Assembly: GCA_051294375.1 (NCBI GenBank)
Contig: CM119268.1
Coordinates: 15,983,528-16,047,527 of the forward strand
DNA from: Paraspadella gotoi
Taxonomy: Eukaryota > Animalia > Chaetognatha
Length of the DNA stretch: 64,000 bases
Direction: 5' to 3'
Positions within the stretch are counted from its first letter, which is position 1. Each line of letters opens with the position of its first letter. The position numbers and the translations under genes are program-made. Below the pieces are notes generated by a model. The model had not been told where the DNA came from. It did no database searches and saw only the letters and a program-made list of their open reading frames with translations. Below, one piece after another: positions 25,051-64,000 of this stretch.

Positions 25051-27563
25051 CGTTCATTGACCCACGCTTTCACCCGAGGGATGGACGTCAGCCCGAATTC
25101 CTTTTTCTCTTTTAATGCGAAGGATTTGGAAGAATTAGAACTGACATCGAGTCAAATATAACAAAAAATAGTCGCCTGACGAAAGAAAGAATCATTCGTC
25201 AGGCGCCTCGACTTTCTCTCTCTCCGCCTGCGGAAACGAGACAACGTCAGGCGGAGCGACGACTTGTCATCATCCTCTTGACATTTGACACTACGAAGCC
25301 GACGAAGGCTCCCCATGAAAATTGGAATCGGGGGCCGGGGAAGAATGAGGCGCTAGCGTGAGGAGGCGCCGAGGCGCTGAGGACGGTGCTAGGGAAGGAG
25401 GCCGGAGAAAGAGGCTCGAGGACGGTGCCGGAAGCAGGTGCCGGAAGCAGGTGCCGGGGAATGAGGCCGTGGACGGTTCCAAGCACGATGCTGGGGTTGG
25501 TGCCAGTAAAGAACGCCGGAGAAAGAGGCTTTTGAGTCAGTACACGGTGCCAAGCACGGTGCTTAAAAAACTCCGGGTTGTGACTTATTCAAGAAGTCAA
25601 AGGATGAGCCGGTTGTTGACAGGAGGAAAGAAAAGAAATAAGAAGGAAGAGAAAAGAGGATTAAGATTTCGCTCCTACGACTTGGAGTTTCACGAGTTCT
25701 TTGTTGATGCCATCTGAAGACCCCTAAAGTTTTTTCGGTTTTTTTTTTTTCGGAATTGACTGTACAAAAGTAGATGTACTCGATGTACTACGTTAATGCA
25801 TAATAGACATTAGCCGGGTACATTCATTTTATTTATCCATTCATTTTTTATTCTTAGCAAATGTTTTACGTTCGCGCGAGATGTCTCTTTCTCTCTCCTT
25901 CGATTTTCTCCTTTCCTCTATTTTTCCTCTGCCTTATTTTCCTTTTTTTCTTTTTTCTCCGCTGATAACGAGAGGTGGAACTTTGTCTCCCATCATCATA
26001 ATAATAACTTCTTTTTTTCCCCCAAAGTGAAGTCGTTGTGTTTTTAAGAATTCGGTCGAAGTATTGGGGCAGGAATAGCCGCTAATATTTTTTCGTCTCG
26101 TTGCACGTATAGACTATAGAGCAATATTGTCATCCCGACTCCTCACTATCCACAGCGTTGCAACTTGCAAAAGGTCCGTACGAAACGAAACGAAATTTTT
26201 GGGAAGTCCGTACATGTCCGTACAAAAAATAAATCACGCGAGAAACGAAAAACTCAATAATTTCTGTTTACGATAAAAACCGAAATTCATGGAAAGACTC
26301 CAAAGGAAAAAAAATGAAAACGGGGATCCCTTCCAAAAAGATCACCGTTTGATAAAAAGGAAAAAAAAATTGAAAGAACGAAAGAGAGGGGAAAGTAGGA
26401 GAAGATTGAGGTCTCAAAGCTAAAAAAAATTGCCCAAATCAACGCCCAAAGCCCATTGGCTATTCCTAGGCCAGTGCTTTATCGACACTTTCTACTTTCA
26501 CCACAATCTTGAAAATGTGTTCATCAGAAGGGAAACTCCAAGCAAACGGAATTTTCAAGGAGACCAGACTTGTCAATGTGTCTCGGTTCATCTTCTTGAT
26601 AAATTCTCTCTCTCTCTCTCTCTCTCTCCATTCATACATCCTCCTCTCCTCTCATCTCTCCCTCTCTCAACGTCTCCCTCTCGCAATTAATTAATTTAAT
26701 TTCGCTCTCTGCAATTTTCTTCCCCTCGCAATTATTGCATATTTTCTAGCGTCGTTGACTTTTCGCAAAAATCTGTTCGAGCCTTTTAATAAATTTTTTA
26801 AAAAAATTTCAACGCCATTTAATTTTTTCATTTGCTTATTGTGTTCGGGCTATTGTCTCCGTCCCACGCAATTAATTCTCACCAGGCTTCATTTCCTTCT
26901 TATCTCTTTCCTCACAATTCGCCCCAAGATAGCGGGAGCCGATGAAATTCAAATTTTAATGGGAACAACATTAAACTAATCCATTATTGCTATTAGTTAT
27001 TGTGTGTTAAAATATTTTCAAAAAATATATTGCTATGTAATGTCCACAATTTTTTTTGATATTTTAAGTTATTTTTAAATGATTCTGATAGTACGAGAAA
27101 ACCTCCAGTCACAGATACTAAAAGAAATCAAAGGAAGCTATACGATCTGAAAAAAAAAGGCTTGTATAATGTAAATATTTCAAAATAAACTCACTTGAAA
27201 ATAGTAAAGTCACTAATTGAGCCGTTGAAGCAACACTCGATATTTTGCGAGTTTTTTTCTCAGAAAACGTTAAAGTTAAACGACGAAATGTTTTTTGATT
27301 ATTAACTTTTATATATATAATTTTATATAATTTTAAATAAAACGCCATCGAAAGTATTCTATTTCGAAAATTGGACCGATGTCGACTGAGGTCTGACGAC
27401 ACGAAGATGTGACGTTACTCGTCGTGAGGACGCGTAGTGCGTCTCGTCGATTCGCCGTCGGATACGATGCGAATACTAATTTTTTTTTGAAGTTGAAGGA
27501 AGGTGAAGGTACAGAGGTACGAAGTATGGGTGGCAAAAGGGAAGAACACAGAGAGAGAGAATG

Positions 27564-27617
<54 letters not shown>

Positions 27618-27741
27618 AGAGAGAGAGTAGAGAGAGAGAGAGAGATGGAAAGATAGCGCGCGCAAGTTGCGTCGGCCCGACGCGACTGCGCTATAACCGC
27701 TTTGCGCATTTATAGGATAAAAAATAAGAGAAAGGAGAGAG

Positions 27742-27775
<34 letters not shown>

Positions 27776-27786
27776 AGAGAGAAGAG

Positions 27787-27817
<31 letters not shown>

Positions 27818-28053
27818 TGATCACTTATTTTTCTTGTAAAGTAATGATATAGTGCCATCTAAAATTTCTTGGCATTGAGAGTCTTTCTATCATTGTACTT
27901 CTTGCCAGATGTCTTGGAACGAACTTCCTTCTCCTCTTTTTCCGCACCTTTCTCTGCGCGCATCTGGAGGTTGTGTTTTTTGGTGTGGTCGAATGGTAAG
28001 AGAGAGAGAGAGAGGGAGAGAGGAGAAGAGAGAGAGAGAGAGGAGAGAGAGGA

Positions 28054-28109
<56 letters not shown>

Positions 28110-28672
28110 CTGAGCGGTTGATTTAAACGACTAGGATCCACCAGCTTTAAAAATTAATCTCTTTTTACAACTTTCTTAAAACAAAAAGTAATCTAATCGT
28201 ACGTTTTAATTAATTGAAAATAAATGACGTAATAATTTTATTGAGATGAAAAATATCATACTCCCTAAAGTAACATTTAAATTTTTTTTTACAAATGAAC
28301 AATCCTTTCTAAGGCGGATTCGCTTTGGAAGGATTACAAGTCACCGATTTTTTTTTTTTTTTTTTTTTTGCTTCTCCTAAGTCAACGTGCAACTGCATAT
28401 GAAAAAAATAATATTAAAAACATGAGAAAATTAGGTCTAATAAGTGTATATCCATGGTAGTAATGGCTATAGAAAACAGGCAGATGATAAAACGTCGTTC
28501 GAAAAGTAGTTAAACATAAACGCCGGTAAAAAATATACATAATAAGTACTTAATTAACAGTAACGTTTTGAAAGGTTCTTCCGCGTATAACTATAAGGCT
28601 CCAGCAGAAATGAACGAATCGTCGACGAGGATGATGTCGTATATGGAGTTGATGGGAAGGAGAGAGAGAGAG

Positions 28673-28810
28673 NNNNNNNNNNNNNNNNNNNNNNNNNNNN
28701 NNNNNNNNNNNNNNNNNNNNNNNNNNNNNNNNNNNNNNNNNNNNNNNNNNNNNNNNNNNNNNNNNNNNNNNNNNNNNNNNNNNNNNNNNNNNNNNNNNNN
28801 NNNNNNNNNN
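28673..28810. other. Assembly gap (138 N); smaller gaps at 32525-32549, 32641-32665, 39130-39139 and 56993-57017
   Basis: N runs. Confidence 0.99.
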
Positions 28811-28823
28811 AGACAATCCGCGT

Positions 28824-62703
<33,880 letters not shown>

Positions 62704-63558
62704 CTGAAAAGGGAATTGAAAGAGATTTTTGAAATTAATAATTAATTTGAAAGGTTGTTAATAATCTACGAGTACGTTGAATTAGGATACAAGCGTAAAG
62801 CAGAATTCTGTTACTGTCTTTTCAACAGTTTGTGACATCAAAACAATGACCTTCCTTAGATTCGCTTCGTAACGAAGTCCGTCGCGCTACCTGCTAGTTT
62901 TAATTTTGTTTAAATTTTTTTTTAGTTATTTTTAGGCTTTCTCTATATTTTTTTTTTTGGGGGAATTCGGGTAAAAAAAAAAACCCAAAAAATAAAAAAA
63001 AACAATAAAAAACAAAACAACCCAAAAAAAACAACGTAAAAATGGATTTCAAGTCGATCGCATTTCACTACGCGGATGCGCGGAAGCACACCGTCGATTC
63101 CATGGCTCAAAAGGTTGGAGTGATAGTGGGAGGGGAAGAGTTAAGTGGTTTTGTATGGCCGAGCGAGGAGATGAGAAAAGACGGGGACCGGTTAGGCTAT
63201 TGGCTCCGTTCGCTCAAGCGGATGAGTCGATCCCTTTTCTCGCTTCTAATTTTTGTTCTATTTGATGTAAAACGACGACGATCGGAATTACGACGACGAC
63301 GACTATTATTATCCGTTTTAAATTTTGAAAGATTCATAAACAAAAACAACAAAAAATATAAATCCTAAATATTAAAATTAAATGATATCTGTCAATTACC
63401 AAAAAAACAATCAATCCGAAATAAATAATTGTCATTGACTTAATTAGGCTTCTACTCCATAAACTAATGCTTAGGCCACAATTATATCTAATGTCTATTG
63501 TAGTTATGAATATTCTTCTTTGTGACCGCAGCACGGTGAGAATATTCGAAAGCAAACC

Positions 63559-63945
63559 ATGTCGACCCAAAGGACATTGAAAGGTCAACCGCGAGATCTG
63601 CCGACTTGCCCTCGCGGAAATCTCTTGGAGGTGACCCAAAATGTCCAGTCCGGTGAGACTGGGGTATACGTGTTGGTTGGGCTTATCTATGTGAGGGAAG
63701 GATTGATCCAGCTAGCCGGTCGAATGCATAGTTGTTACATGGAAACCCTCTCCCTCCTTTTACAGCTGCCACCCGATCCGATCAAGTGCCCTCCTCGCCC
63801 CGGCTGCCCGCCACTGCCCCGCTGCCCGGCCTGCGAGCCGCTGCCCCTCGCTTGTAAGACAGAGAAGGATCCGTCCTGTCCTCCGCTCAGCGGGATTTGT
63901 GGAGCACAACAGCAGATCGGGATGGGCGTCGCTACCAAGAAGTAG
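63559..63945 (+). CDS. Putative small Cys/Pro-rich protein; probable exon 63766-63945 with an uncertain upstream exon
   Basis: A ttttacag acceptor is followed by 'LPPDPIKCPPRPGCPPLPRCPACEPLPLACKTEKDPSCPPLSGICG..' in a GC-rich, coding-like block. The upstream donor phase does not fit cleanly. Confidence 0.35.
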   Translation: MSTQRTLKGQPRDLPTCPRGNLLEVTQNVQSGETGVYVLVGLIYVREGLIQLAGRMHSCYMETLSLLLQLPPDPIKCPPRPGCPPLPRCPACEPLPLACKTEKDPSCPPLSGICGAQQQIGMGVATKK

Positions 63946-64000
63946 GAGCTGGAGCTGGAGACGGATTGATAAAGCGGGGGAAATGGAGCGGATTTATCGT

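Noticed and set aside
27380-27965. GC-richer minus-strand blocks as possible further agrin exons
   Set aside because: No SEA, EGF or LamG features; the frames stop quickly or lack support

Overview
This is invertebrate animal genomic DNA, probably protostome, not prokaryotic. It has AT-rich introns, GC-rich exons and abundant (GA)n/(CT)n microsatellites, and most ORF-track entries are microsatellite or antisense shadows. By hand-splicing I reconstructed five multi-exon genes. (1) A PKD2/TRPP-type polycystin channel on the minus strand that runs off the left edge. (2) An 8-exon 4-coumarate-CoA-ligase/luciferase-like acyl-CoA synthetase on the plus strand, nested antisense in one intron of that channel. 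(3) A 13-exon FMRFamide-receptor-like class A GPCR with an unusually long third extracellular loop and C-tail. (4) Agrin (NtA, FS1-8, heparan-sulphate site, 2 laminin-EGF, FS9), which appears to stop before the SEA/EGF/LamG half. (5) A divergent tandem-RRM gene nested on the same strand inside an agrin intron. Mobile and repeat DNA includes a TGT...ACA foldback element with a 4-bp TSD, a hAT-like MITE with an 8-bp TSD whose empty site is visible elsewhere in the window, and a ~330-bp satellite derived from a dispersed element. The regions ~29.4-34.5 kb and ~53.7-62.3 kb contain noisy inverted and tandem duplications that look like unpolished long-read or assembly artefacts. All models are manual; no database searches were run.
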